The notes: generated by a model not told the origin, from the sequence alone. DNA of 64,000 nucleotides from Malacoraja senta (GCA_038087875.1 JAXLNO010000462.1:124001-188000), one strand, 5' to 3'. Positions 23,700 to 36,230 are shown, counted from the first letter of the stretch. Numbers and translations: made by a program.

Positions 23700-24836
23700 T
23701 GTTATCATGGAAATTGCCATAACCTGGTGTCTGCTACTATATTGAATCTACCTGGTAGCTAAATAGCTGAAACCAAATATTTGTCAACACACCGTCCAGA
23801 TTTGATTAGCCAATTTGTCACATGACACCAACTTAATTCCACCCATACAATTAATACATGCCATTGCTGTATTATTGTTAATTTGAAGCTGAACATGCAG
23901 ATTAGTTGTATTAAGAACAAGCTTGCTCATAAGCCTTCCAATAGCTGTAAAACGTCGATTCTCCATGTCTGCAAAAATAATGCCTCGTCCATATTCCATC
24001 TGTCCACAGATGGATACCATCTCAGTGGCACCAATCCTAGTGCACTGACATCAGTCTGTAAGACCATGGAAAGTTGTTCAATCAGTATCTTGCTTGAACT
24101 ACTGGAGACATGTTAAATCCACCACTGCAAATCAGAAGCAGCATTTGTTGTTTAACTGCATGGCCTATCAAAAATGGCCGCCATGCATCTTAGTGCCTTT
24201 TCTTTTTGCCGTCTGTAGCTGCTGGTAGTTTTGTATTGTTGGAAATAACACTAATTTTCCTAGCAAGCTGGCCACCTGTCTTAATTGAAGATTGTTACTT
24301 TTTCAACCGCTTAATGCAACCATCAATCAGCTCTACCCTTTACCCTGGGTAAAATTACTACCATGTCAATTGAATCAATTGTAAAACGAAAATAATCAAT
24401 TGTTGCAAGTGGCGTTAACCTTGATTTCTCTGGATGAATTAAACCCAAAACTTTCAAGAGTGGATTGAACAATTGAGAGAGATAACTCACTAATTCTCTT
24501 GTTTGTCTTAATTAGGACATCATCCAGTTACGCCATCAACATCTGTCCTTGGACTCTAATTAGCCCCCAAAAATTGTTTTTTACCAATTTAGTGAAATTC
24601 TAGGAACAGAAATTAACCCATTAGACAGAACTTTGAATTGTCATAATTGTTCATTCAGATAAATTTCAAATATTTTTATCTTTACAAATGAACAGACACT
24701 AAGTAATATACATCTTTCAGATCTATAGGTGCCATATATCATATTTTGAAATGTTGTTTGGCAGTCTCAAAGTCTCCATCTTGAAGTGTCTATACTTCAC
24801 AAAATTTTAAAGACTTGTCAGATCTGAAATACTCCT
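23700..24836 (-). pseudogene. DIRS RT and RNase H (RT continues at 27359-~27500 beyond the CR1)
   Basis: FVKYRHFKMET; MA*LDDVLI at 24510-24536 (the Tyr of YLDD is now a stop); LQTDVSALG; HVQLQINNNTAMACINCMGG. Confidence 0.88.
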
Positions 24837-27358
24837 AGATACATAGAAAATAGGTGCAGGAGTAGGCCATTCGGCCCTTCGAGCCTGCACCGCCATTCAA
24901 TATGATCATGGCTGATCATCCAACTCAGTATCCCGTACCTGCCTTCTCTCCATACCCCCTGATCCCTTTAGCCACAAGGGCCACATCTAACTCCCTCTTA
25001 AATATAGCCAATGAACTGGCCTCAACTACCCTCTGTGGCAGAGAGTTCCAGAGATTCACCACTCTCTGTGTGAAAAAGTTTTTCCTCATCTCGGTCTTAA
25101 AGGATTTCCCCCTTATCCTTAAGCTGTGACCCCTTGTCCTGGACTTCCCCAACATCGGGAACAATCTTCCTGCATCTAGCCTGTCCAATCCCATAAGAAT
25201 TTTGTACGTTTCTATAAGATCCCCTCTCAATCTCCTACATTCTAGCGAGTATAAGCCAAGTCTCTCCAGTCTTTCTTCATATGAAAGTCCTGACATCCCT
25301 GGATTCAGTCTGGTGAACCTTCTCTGCACTCCCTCTATGGCTATAATGTCCTTCCTCAGATTTGGAGACCAAAACTGTACACAATACTCCAGGTGTGGTC
25401 TCACCAAGACCCTGTACAGCTGCAGTAGAACCTCCCTGCTCCTATACTCAAATCCTTTTGCTATGAAAGCTAACATACCATTCGCTTTCTTCACTGCCTG
25501 CTGCACCTGCATGCCTACTTTCAATGACTGGTGTACCATGACACCCAGGTCTCGCTGCATCTCCCCATTTCCTAATCGGCCACCATTTAGATAATGGTCT
25601 GCTTTCCTGTTTTTGCCACCAAAGTGGATAACCTCACATTTATCCACATTATACTGCATCTGCCAAACATTTGCCCACTCACCCAGCCTATCCAAGTCAG
25701 CTTGCAGTCTCCTAGCATCCTCCTCACAGCTAACACTGCCCCCCAGCTTAGTGTCATGCGCAAACTTGGAGATGTTGCCTTCAATTCTCTCATCCAGTTC
25801 ATTAATATATATTGTAAATAGCTGGGGTCCCAGCACTGAGCCTTGCGGTACCCCACTAGTCACTGCCTGCCATTGTGAAAAGGACCCGTTTACTCCTACT
25901 CTTTGCTTCCTGTTTGCCAGCCAGTTCTCTATCCACATCAATACTGAACCCCAATACCGTGTGCTTTAAGTTTGTATACTAATCTCTTATGTGGTACCTT
26001 GTCGAAAACCTTCTGAAAGTCCAGATACAACACATCCACTGGTTCTCCCCTATCCACTCTAATAGTTACATCCACGAAAAATTCTATATGATTCGTCAGA
26101 CACGATTTACCTTTCATAAATCCATGCTGACTTTGTCCAATGATTTCACCACTTTCCAAATGTGCTGCTATCCCATCTTTAATAACTGACTCTAGCAGTT
26201 TCCCCACTACCGATGTTAGACTAACTGGTCTGTAATTCCTCGTTTTCTCTCTCCCTCCCTTCTTAAAAAGTGGGGTTACGTTAGCTACCCTCCAATCCTC
26301 AGGAACTACTCCAGAATCTAAAGAGTTTTGAAAAATTATCACTAATGCATCCACTATTTCTGGAGCTACTTCCTTAAGTACTCTGGGATGCAGCCTATCT
26401 GGCCCTGGTGATTTATCGGCCTTTAATCCATTCAATTTACCCAACACCACTTCCCGACTAACCTGGATTTCACTCAGTTCCTCCATCTCCTTTGACCCGC
26501 GGCCCCCTGCTATTTCCGGCAGATTATTTATGTCTTCCTTAGTGAAGACGGAACCAAAGTAGTTATTCAATTGGTCCGCCATATCCTTGTTCCCCATGAT
26601 CAATTCACCTGTTTCTGACTGCAAGGGACCTACATTTGTTTTAACTAATCTCTTTCTCTTCACATATCTATAAAAACTTTTGCAATCAGTTTTTATGTTC
26701 CCTGCCAGTTTTCTTTCATAATCTATTTTCCCTTTCCTAATTAAGCCCTTTGTCCTCCTCTGCTGGTCTCTGAATTTCTCCCAGTCCTCTGGTATGCTGC
26801 TTTTTCTGGCTAATTTGTACGCATCATCTTTTGCTTTGATACTATCCCTGATTTCCCTTGTTATCCACGGATGCACTACCTTCCCTGATTTATTCTTTTG
26901 CCAAACTGGGATGAACAATTTTTGTAGTTCATCCATGCAGTCTTTAAATGCCTTCCATTGCATATCCACCGTCAACCCTTTTAGAAGTAATTGCCAGTCA
27001 ATCATGGCCAATTCACGTCTCATACACTCAGAGTTACCTTTCTTTAAGTTCAGAACCGTTGTTTCTGAATTAACAATGTCCATCCTAATGAAGAACTCAA
27101 CCATATTATGGTCACTCTTGCCCAAGGGGGCACGCACAACAAGACTGCTAACTAACCCTTCCTCATTACTCAATACCCAGTCTAGAATAGCCTGCTCTCT
27201 CGTTGGTTCCTCTACATGTTGGTTTAGATAACTATCCCGCATACATTCCAAGAAATCGTCTTCCTCAGCACCCCTGCCAATTTGATTCACCCAATCTATA
27301 TGTAGATTGAAGTCACCCATTATAACTGTTTTGCCTTTGTTGCACGCATTTCTAATTT
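24837..27358 (-). mobile_element. CR1-clade LINE (family B), 5'-truncated, nested in the DIRS RT
   Basis: ORFs 25938..27320 and 24925..25941 (GDFN, QHGF, PQGSVLGP, FAHD); CR1 3' end at ~24837-24900; CTCCT duplicated at 24832-24836 and 27359-27363. Confidence 0.95.
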
Positions 27359-27499
27359 CTCCTCACCTTATTAGGTCGAGAAAATGTAAACACAATTTGG
27401 TGGTTTTGATAAACCAACTTTTCAATTACTTGTTTATAAACAGGTTTTCAAATTCAGCTTGAACCTCCATCACTTCTTTTTGTGAAATTGGAGTGTTCT

Positions 27500-28920
27500 G
27501 CTAGGAACATGCTAGATGGCAAATCACTATTTGGATCGAATCAATTCGAAACCTTTGAATAATACTCAGAATAATAAAACTGAAGTAATTTGGCTGTCTT
27601 TGCCTTAATATGTTCCCATGAGAACCAGGTCCACCTACTTCCTTTGTCATCTGAGTGACCTGTGGTCCCTGGCTCCTGGCAGGAAAAACCCACGCTTTTT
27701 TTGTGTTCCCGCTGCAGGACACCAATTGCGCCCCTGCTTCAATGGTCGACTTATTCCTGGTGTAGGCCCAGGATTTTGTATGATGTCTGAAAGGATACCT
27801 CCTCTTCACAGACTTGCCGACCATTGATGTTTTGATCAACCTTGCTGTTTTTGCCTCATCATCCAACTCTTTCCCACGTTTCATGAGGTTTTTTTCTCTG
27901 AAGAGTAAGTTGAATGACTGCACATTGCTGGGCTTTACAGAGTTGCCGCAACTTGGGGTTGATGGTGGGCCGAATGGCATACTTCCTGAAACAATTCATC
28001 TCGAAGTGGGCGCTACATAGCAACCCTAGTGCCACTTGATGCATCTCCATCCCTGGCCTCCATCCATTGTTCTTGCAAAAATGCAGTTGTTCCTCAACCC
28101 AGCAGCTTCAATATTCTCTGCAGTTTACTTTTCTTAGGCCACATGCCCTCGCCCATCTGACCCCTTATATCTTGGTTCACTGCTAGTACTTTCAGCAATA
28201 CGCAGTTCCTTGGGGTCTCGTGCTTTTTTGGCATTTTCATCCATCGTAAGTTACTGGAGCTCATGGAAGACACAATAGTTGATCGTAGAGGCTACTTCCT
28301 CTCCCAGTGGCTCTCCTGACTCTGGCGGGGCAGCGAATCGTACTGTCAGGAGTAAAACATCTGGCAGCTGCCGTCTTCGCTTGTATCGGCCTCACCATCA
28401 GATTCAGGGTCAGAACTCTCACAAAGCAGCGAATCGTACTGCCAGAAATAGAACATCTGGCAGCTGCTGTCTTCGCTTGTATCTGAAAACTCTGCTGACC
28501 CTGTGCACGCGCCTCATCAATGAGGGTGCTCTCAAACAGCCCTTTGCTAGGTGCTGCTGACCTGGCTTCTGGAGCCTGGCTTCAGCTACACTCTTCCCTG
28601 AGTGTGCTTTACTTGAGTAACCTGTGCAACAGGCTCTCCATTTGAAAAATCCGCTCAACAGCGATATCCAGCCCTGGAGTCAAATCCTCCTGATCGAACT
28701 CCTCCTCCGTGGGCCTGATGGACTTGAACTTAGCCTTGCGCCCCACTGGCGCTGACTGTATTCTTTTAAGACCCAAGTCCACAGTCGCTACGCTCCCAGC
28801 CAGCGACTGTACAGGGGTCTAAGGCAGCTGTTCGCCGACCGCAATCTTGCGACTTTCCACCGGCTTTGCCGCTCGCCTCTTCCCCTTGCCCGTTTTTTCC
28901 ATGGTGCCTGTGGAAAAAAT
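27500..28920 (-). pseudogene. DIRS gag-like ORF1, fragmented
   Basis: ALGLLCSAHFEMNCFRKYAIRPTINPKLRQLC followed by LLFRE..KRGKELDDEAK resembles DIRS gag; it lies between the 5' ITR and the RT. Confidence 0.7.
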
Positions 28921-29049
28921 CCCCAAAGACCCACAGCAAATGGACCCGGAAACTTCTGAAAAAATTTTCTTACCTTGTAGTTAACAACTACATTTCCACT
29001 AGAGGAGCGCTGCTCCTCACGTCCGTTCGCTCCAATGCGTCTGACGTAA

Positions 29050-29111
29050 TGACGCGCAGGCGCCCTGACGGGTCTTCTTCACATAGTCACTCGCGTGACT
29101 CCGAAGTAAAA
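29050..29111 (-). repeat. DIRS 5' inverted terminal repeat
   Basis: Reverse complement of 21793-21844 and of ICR segment 22043-22078. Confidence 0.93.
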
Positions 29112-29327
29112 TTATTTTTCCAGGCCCTGTCCATCCAGCGTTTGATAATTTGAAGTGAATGTAGAATCTTCTCGCCTGCTGCTATTTCTCCCTCTACAGT
29201 TATTCTACTTGTTTCTGGTTGATGAGCCAAGGTCTTTGGAGATCTTCTAATGTCCCCAGTTTTCTATGGTTTGTGATAGATGGGCTTTGTCAACTTGCTG
29301 TTCCAAGTACTGCTTGTGATAGAGGGT
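29112..29327 (-). pseudogene. Penelope-like remnant, right half
   Basis: Reverse complement of 34452-34657. Confidence 0.65.
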
Positions 29328-29964
29328 ATCTTGACTGCAGTTGTGAGTACCTGCTTATTTTTTACTTCAGTAGCTCAACAATTTTCTTTTAGCCATCATT
29401 GCAATTTGGACAGGTTCATTTAGATGTAAAAGTTCATAATATTTCCTGCAATAACCCTTTAGATCTATGTAATTTTCTTGCAGGGTTGCAGGCAAATAAG
29501 TTGTTAATGATATTCTGCAGCCCCTCTTCCATTCTCTTGCAAACACCTTTAACAGGTTATGTGTTTGAAGTTCGAATCTTGTCTCTAAAAGCTGCAACAT
29601 TAAATATGCGGGAAGGAAGGCAATTGTATGCGGGAAGTCAGGCACATGTTGTATTTGTTTTAAAGTTCCTACTTATCTTCTGTCCTTCCTTCCTCATCCT
29701 AGCAGGACGACAATTAACACAGTCTTCAATGGTTATTAAGTACATGTTTGTTTACTTTCTGTAGCACAATCCATTCTCTTGGAAGACATGCAGGCAGCTT
29801 TCAGAAGTCATTTTAACCCTCCAGAGGATGATCTTTGTTAAACTGTCAACAATGGGCACCAAATCTGGGGCTGCTGGGACCAATTTGTTGAGCCCATTTT
29901 TAGGAATCTAACAAAGGTTCAGACCACAAACAGTATTTTGTTCACGTATGCGCGTACATATTCA

Positions 29965-30035
29965 CAGGGCCCATGAGAGTGGTGCAGGGGGGTATATCGT
30001 ACCCGGGCCCCGAGTCCAAAAGGGGGCCCAGTCGC
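29965..30035 (+). mobile_element. Possible terminus of a hAT-type DNA transposon
   Basis: CAGGGCCC start followed by GC-rich GGGCCC repeats resembles hAT non-autonomous ends; no partner TIR or transposase found. Confidence 0.3.
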
Positions 30036-31132
30036 CGAAGGAGGGGGGCTGGGAATTTCCTGAAATCTCAGAAAATGTTTGCATATATTTAGTGAAGACT
30101 AACATTCACATTTTGTGTGAGCCGACATAGTTTTATGTATCGTAATTCGTAGAAATTGTGGTCCATAATAAAGCGAGGAATTTTAACTGGCGGGTGTGTG
30201 GTCGGGAGAACCTGATTAAAAGGGGGAAGGGGAAGACCCATCACTACTAACCCTAGCTGTACATTTGTTATTTATCATTTTTACTTAACAGTTCACATCA
30301 TAACTTTATAAAGATAAATCAATTGTAAAACAAAATTATCAGCAAGGTTAGCATTACCTTTATTCCTTGGAAACCTTGCTATTGTTTTGATGCAATTAGG
30401 AGGCAGCCATGATCCCAGAGTACCCGCTGCCTAGCGACCAGGAAACAAAGCGCATGATTGAGGTTGGACGATTGACCTGGACGATGACACACATGTTGGC
30501 CTGGCTTGCCTCAACGGAGCTGCAGGTCTAAAAGACATACGACAGAAGAAGAAGAGGTTGGACGCCAATTGACCAATGTCAAACGTGCTTTGATTGGACA
30601 ATTACTACTCAGAAAATTTGTGGTTTTTCTCATATTTTAAAAATATGTGCAGGTTTTGTTCTTGACGAGTTTCAGGTATGATCTATATAATGTTTTTACT
30701 CAATGTTAAAAATTCAGGTAGTTTCCGTGATTTGGGTCACCAACTTAAACGAAAAAGCACCTCAGATCACAGCCTATTTGAGGAAATGGGAGATACTTGA
30801 GGGTCACGAGGGGGATTTTTTGGGAATCATTGAAGATCTCCAAGCCCAATCTTGCTCCAAGTTCTCTGTGACCTTCCACACCTGGCGCTGGAGAAGCTGT
30901 TTAGGAACAACTTGATGGGATTTCTGGCCCTGGATCTCTTCCAGATGTTATGAAGGGGAAGGTTTGAAACATCTGCCGACTGATGTGGTCACCAGCTGTT
31001 TGCGAGGAACTTTCCCACCGAAGACTTGCAAGAAAATGCCACTGGGGCACATGATGACTCACAGCCCGACGAGTTTGACAAATTTCTCAAGCGTCGTGGA
31101 TTCTCCCGTGCATCCCCAAGAGGTATTGGACG

Positions 31133-31490
31133 TGTACTTGTCCCATTGCACCTGTATACTTGTCCCATTACACCCGTATACTTGTCCCATTGCACCTGTA
31201 TACTTGTCCCATTGCACCTGTATACCTGTCCCATTACACCTGTACACCTGTCCCATTGCACCTGTATATTTGTCCCATTGCACCCGTAAACCTGTCCCAT
31301 TACACCTGTATACCTGTCCCATTGCACCCGTATACCTGTCCCATTGCACCCGTATACCTGTCCCATTGCACCCGTATACCTGTCCTATTACACCCATATA
31401 CCTGTCCCATTGCACCCGTATACCTGTCCCATTGCACCCGTATACCTGTCCCATTACACCTGTATACCTGTCCCATTGCACCAGTACATC
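31133..31490. repeat. 22-bp minisatellite (CCYGTATACCTGTCCCATTRCA), about 16 copies
   Basis: Directly visible tandem array. Confidence 0.97.
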
Positions 31491-31789
31491 TGTCCGTTTC
31501 CTCAAGCCCCCATTTCATGATCACTCCAGAGGCACAGCTCGCAAAACCCAGAGACAGACCCCCCCGCCAATATCTATCCCTCTCACTGTCCCCACCCTGA
31601 CAGCCCCAGGTACAGGCAGAAATTCACTACTAAATAGAGACACAAGTACATCGCAGTGGTCCCTGTTAAACTCCTTCAAGTATGCCCAGACCACAACTTT
31701 AGTGAATAAACCATAACGAGGGGAAGGGGCAATGTAGTCTTTAAACTAAAGTGGGCCCCAAGCTGAGAGAGGCTGACCCCAATTAGAGA

Positions 31790-32930
31790 AACCAATTGTT
31801 AATCTTTCCCAAACATTGATCCACACTGAAGCCAAAGAGAAGGTTCTAAACAGGGGCCTTACCTTTGTACCAACTCCATAACCATATTCACATAGACCAA
31901 GTTATATACAAAACAAACCAATGTCACATTAATGATTTAAAGTCTGCCAACATCCTCCTTCACACTGGACACCTGGAGAGGAACAGATTGAAATTAAATG
32001 TCATGAGAACCAGGATCAGCCATTGAAAGGATTCTAGTGAACCCTACAGGGTAGCAGAATACATTGACTACTGTAATTCACTGGCACAGCAACATGCCAG
32101 CTTTGTTGAAGGGCAGCACAGTGGCACAGCGGTAGAGTAGTTGCCTTACAGCGTCAGAGACACGGATTCTGTGCGGAGTTTGCACGTTCTCCCAGTGACT
32201 AAGTGGGTTTTCTCAGAGATCTTCACTTTCCTCCCACCATCCAAAGACGTGCAGGTTTGTAGGTTAATTGACTTGGTATAGATGTAACATTGTCCCTAGT
32301 GTGTGTAGGATAGTGTTAATGTGCGGGGATCGCTGGTCGGTGCAGACTCGGTGGGCCAAAGGGCCTGTTTCCGCACTGTGTCTCTAAATGTGAAACTTAC
32401 CATGTCACATGATGTGTTCTCCCCGACACTGCCCCTGATACTGTGCCCTTTACCAAGGACATTGAAACCCCGTGCACAAACAGAAACAGATAGTAGCATA
32501 CAGGCAGTTCAAATATCTGGAGAAACACACCATGACAAACCAGATACTACTTTAACTGACAAAGAAATACTTTGAATTAAATGAGACGTACAAATAAAGG
32601 AACAGTAGTGAAGTTTGGCCCAGTTTATGCAATGTTTGGCAGAATGGGGAAGACAGTCTAACCTGAGCAGACTCTTCAGAGGACCCAATCTTTGGAGATC
32701 CTGGGTGGAAACTAACACTAATTGGTCACCCCTTTGGAAAGGAGAGGAGAGGAAATGGATTCTGGCAACAGACACAAACACACTAAACCAAATATAGATT
32801 TAGACCAATTCCAAACAAAGCTACAGTTGGGTGAATGAAAGGGGCAAGATTATCTAATTGTAATGAGTTAAAACAAGTGTCATGAACATTAAACTACTTT
32901 CCCTGCAACAGGAGGCCACTAGGATGACTT
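31790..32930 (+). pseudogene. Penelope-like element RT remnant (copy A), interrupted by a SINE
   Basis: PIVNLSQTLIHTEAKEKVLNRGLTFVPTP (typical PLE VNLS...KGLxFxPTP), LAQQHAS, TKDIET, YFELN; colinear with 34285-35330. Confidence 0.75.
32110..32388 (+). mobile_element. tRNA-derived SINE (HE1-like)
   Basis: A-box-like GTGGCACAGCGG; V-domain-like GGAGTTTGCACGTTCTCCC...GGGTTTTCTC; CR1-like 3' end GGGCCAAAGGGCCTGTTTCC. Confidence 0.85.
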
Positions 32931-33675
32931 TAACCAGGGGATGTAACCTGGTCTAAAACAAAGTGCTGGAGCTACTCAGTGGGTCAGGCAACATCTGCCT
33001 GCCTGCAAAGGGAATGAACAGATGTTTCAGGTTGGGATCCTTCTTCAGACTGATGGAGTAGGGCAGAGAAAGTGGAAGTGAAACTAACACTAATTGGTCA
33101 CCTTCACAAAAGAGCAGAGAGGGAATGGATTCTGGCAACAAACACACTCAAACCAAATGTAGATTTAGACCAATTCCATAACTACCGTGGGGTGAATGAC
33201 AGGATTGATAATTTGTAATGAGACTTCAAGTGTCATCAACATTAAACTACTTTCCCCGCAACAGCAGCCAACTAGGATTACTTTAACCAGGGAATGTAAC
33301 CTGGTCCAAAACAAAGCGCTGGAGGTACTTGGCAGATCAGGCACCATCTACCCGACCACAAAGGGAATGGACAGATGCTGTTGTTTCCTGTTGGGACCCT
33401 TTCAGACTGATGGAGTCGGGCAGAGAAAGTGGGTAATAGGTAGGAGCAGGACAAAGCCTGTTATGTGATTAGTGGATACAGGGGAGAGGGTGATGGGTTG
33501 TGACATTGGCTAGGGGTGACAAGGAGACAAAAGGTGCAACAGATGAGAAGAGTGAAACATAAAGCTGGAGGGAGGGATACGGGTGGAAGGGGATAGAGTG
33601 AAATATGAGATTGGTTTGGGAGGTGAGCATACACAGGGAAGGAGCAGAGTGACCAAGGTGTTGAGGGAAGTGTTC

Positions 33676-33918
33676 ACACCAGGGTGGGGGGTGCAGGGAA
33701 AGAGGGGGTTCCCATCACTAGGGTGGAGGGTGCAGTGAAAGAGGGGGTTCCCATCACCGGGGTGGGGGGTGCAGCGAAAGAGGGGGTTCCCATCACCAGG
33801 GTGGGGGGGGTGCAGGGAAAGAGGGGGATCCCATCGCCAGGGTGGGCGTGCAGTGAAAGAGGGGGTTCCCATCACCAGGTTGGGGGGGTGCAGGGAAAGA
33901 GGGGGTTCCCATCACCAG
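33676..33918. repeat. G-rich 38-41-bp minisatellite, 6 copies
   Basis: GGGTGGGGGGTGCAGGGAAAGAGGGGGTTCCCATCACC repeated. Confidence 0.95.
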
Positions 33919-34284
33919 TATGCTGATTTCACACCTCCATGCCACATTTCCCTTGTATCCCCTCCCATGTCCCATTCATCCTCCCTCTGGCTTCATCTTC
34001 CACACCTCTCCCCTTCTTATCCAACATGTTTTATCACTTTCACCTCTGGCCTTTGTCACTTATTCCATCCATCTGCCAATCACCCACCCCCACATGCCAG
34101 ACTTTGTCCCACCCCCACTTTCCATCTTTCTCCCCCTACTCCAGTCTGAAGGTTTCCAACACAAAATGCCATCTGTCTATTTCCCTCACAGATGCTGCCT
34201 GACCCTCAGAGTTCCTCCAGCACTTCTGCTCAACATTCCAGCACCCTGAAATACAAGGAACGTGACCACAAAGCAATTAGTAAA

Positions 34285-35330
34285 ATACATTGTTAATCTT
34301 TCTCAAAGATTTATCCCCATTGAAACCACGAGAAGGTATAAACAAGGCCTTATCTTCATACCATCTCCACAAAGACTAGATTAGATAGACTTGGTTATAA
34401 CAAAAAAACAGATCACTTTCATGATTGAAATCTCCTGACATCCTTGATCACACCCTCCATCACAAGCAGTACTTGGAACAGTAACTTGACAAAGCCCATC
34501 TATCACAAACCATAGAAAACTGGGGCATCTTCAAAGACCTTGGCACATCAACCTGAAACAAGTAGAATAACTGTAGAGGGAGAAACAGCAACAGGCAAGA
34601 AGATTCTACATTCACCTCAAAATATCAAACACTGAATGGACAGGCCTGGAAAAATAACTCTAGGCCCAATGTTTCAAGGTCAGTTTATCGTCACATGTAC
34701 CAATTAAGGTACAGTGAAATTCAAATGTGTCTGTAGTAGTGAATCCTACAGGATAGAAGAATAATTGACTATTTTCATAATCAAACTGGCACAGCAACAT
34801 GCCAGCTATATCAAAGACAAAACTTCACACAAACAGTGAACTCCCTGACTGAGCTACCCAATGCTGCAACTCTTACTATGGGCATCAAACCCTGTACACA
34901 AACAGGGACATGCAGTCAGTTCAAAATATTTAGAGAACTTGACAGACAGCCCAGACTCTACAACTGGAAGAAATACTTTGAATTAAATGACTCAAGTCAG
35001 AGGAACAGCAATGGGGAAGGATTTCGCCCAAGTTCCTGCCAACATTTGGCATAATGGGAAGAGAATATCTAACCACAGAAGACACTTCCAACAACATGGG
35101 ACCCAGTCTTTGGAGATACGCGGTGGAAACTGAAGATCACCCCTTCACAGGGAGAGGAACAGGAAATTGTTTGTGGTAGTTCCCACTCAGACTAAACCAG
35201 ATATATATTCAGACTGACTAAAAACTACAGTAGGGTGAACAGAAGGGGCAGGATTAGTAAATTGTAAACTTGAAACAGTGTCCACAAATATTAAACTACT
35301 TTCCCTTAGACAGACCCAACTAGGGAATAT
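34285..35330 (+). pseudogene. Penelope-like element RT remnant (copy B)
   Basis: IVNLSQ; SESYRIEE; LAQQHASYIKD; YFELN; QVRGTAMGKDFAQVPANIW (PLE GTAMG motif); PSLWRY. Many frameshifts. Confidence 0.8.
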
Positions 35331-35994
35331 AACTAGGTCTAAAAACAAAGAGCGGGAGGTACTCAGCAGATTAGGCAGCATCTTCGTCACCACAAAGTGA
35401 ATGGACAAGCATCATTTAGATCAGGACCCTTCTTCAGATTGAAGATGTAGATGGGGATAATGCTGAAGAGAGGAGGTGGGCCAAACCCTTGCAACTAGTA
35501 GGTGGATAGAGGCACTTTGTCCCCATCCAAGTTCTCCAGAGAGGCTGCCTGGCCCGCTGAGTTACTCCAGCATTTTATCTTTTGAGCAAGAGCATCAAAA
35601 TATCTTTACAAATCTCTACAACAGTCTGTCCAGTCCAAAGCTCAATGAATGACCACTCCACACATCACACAGATTCCTTTCACCTGGAAGTCCTTCATAA
35701 GAACTCATAATAAACAAGCTTTGATTAGGGTAGTTAACATTAACCATTTCACACAAGTGGTTGACAACTAGTTCACATTAACTTTCCTCAACCAAGTACA
35801 ACGTGGATCCACTATAAATTCCTCGCTGTCTTCTTAATCATAACAATTAGTCATCAACTGAAAACAAGTCTTCATAAAGTGCCTCAATTAAAACACAATT
35901 GGACATCTATCCAGGAGACAAATTCATTCTTGCTACTGCCTTCACGAAGTAAACAGAACTACACCCAGAATTCAGTCTGAGGCTCCCAACCCAA

Positions 35995-36230
35995 AATCTC
36001 ACCTATCCATGTACTGCAGAGATGCAGCCTGACCCGCTGAATTACTCCAGCATTCTGTGAAACGTCACCTATCCATGTTCTCCACAGATGCTGCCTGACC
36101 CGCTGAGTTACTCCAGCACTCTGTGAAACGTCACCTATCCATTTTCTCCACAGATGCTGCCTGACCCACTGAGTCACTCCAGCACCTTGTGTCTTGTTTT
36201 GTAAACCAGCATCTGCAGATCCTTGATTTT
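35995..36230 (+). repeat. 66-bp tandem Penelope-terminal repeat units (about 3 copies)
   Basis: GAAACGTCACCTATCCATGTTCTCCACAGATGCTGCCTGACCCGCTGAGTTACTCCAGCA at 66-nt spacing. Confidence 0.8.

Larger units (their letters stand above)
21739..29111 (-). mobile_element. DIRS1-like tyrosine-recombinase retrotransposon, full-length but decayed, interrupted by a CR1
   Basis: Inverted terminal repeats; internal complementary region matching both ends; gag-RT-RNaseH-MT-YR remnants in the expected order on the minus strand; ends confirmed by the empty site at 34657/34658. Confidence 0.95.

Noticed and set aside
30964..31716. Cys/His/Pro-rich repeat ORFs resembling metal-binding proteins
   Set aside because: Derived from the 22-bp minisatellite, which is open in several frames on both strands.
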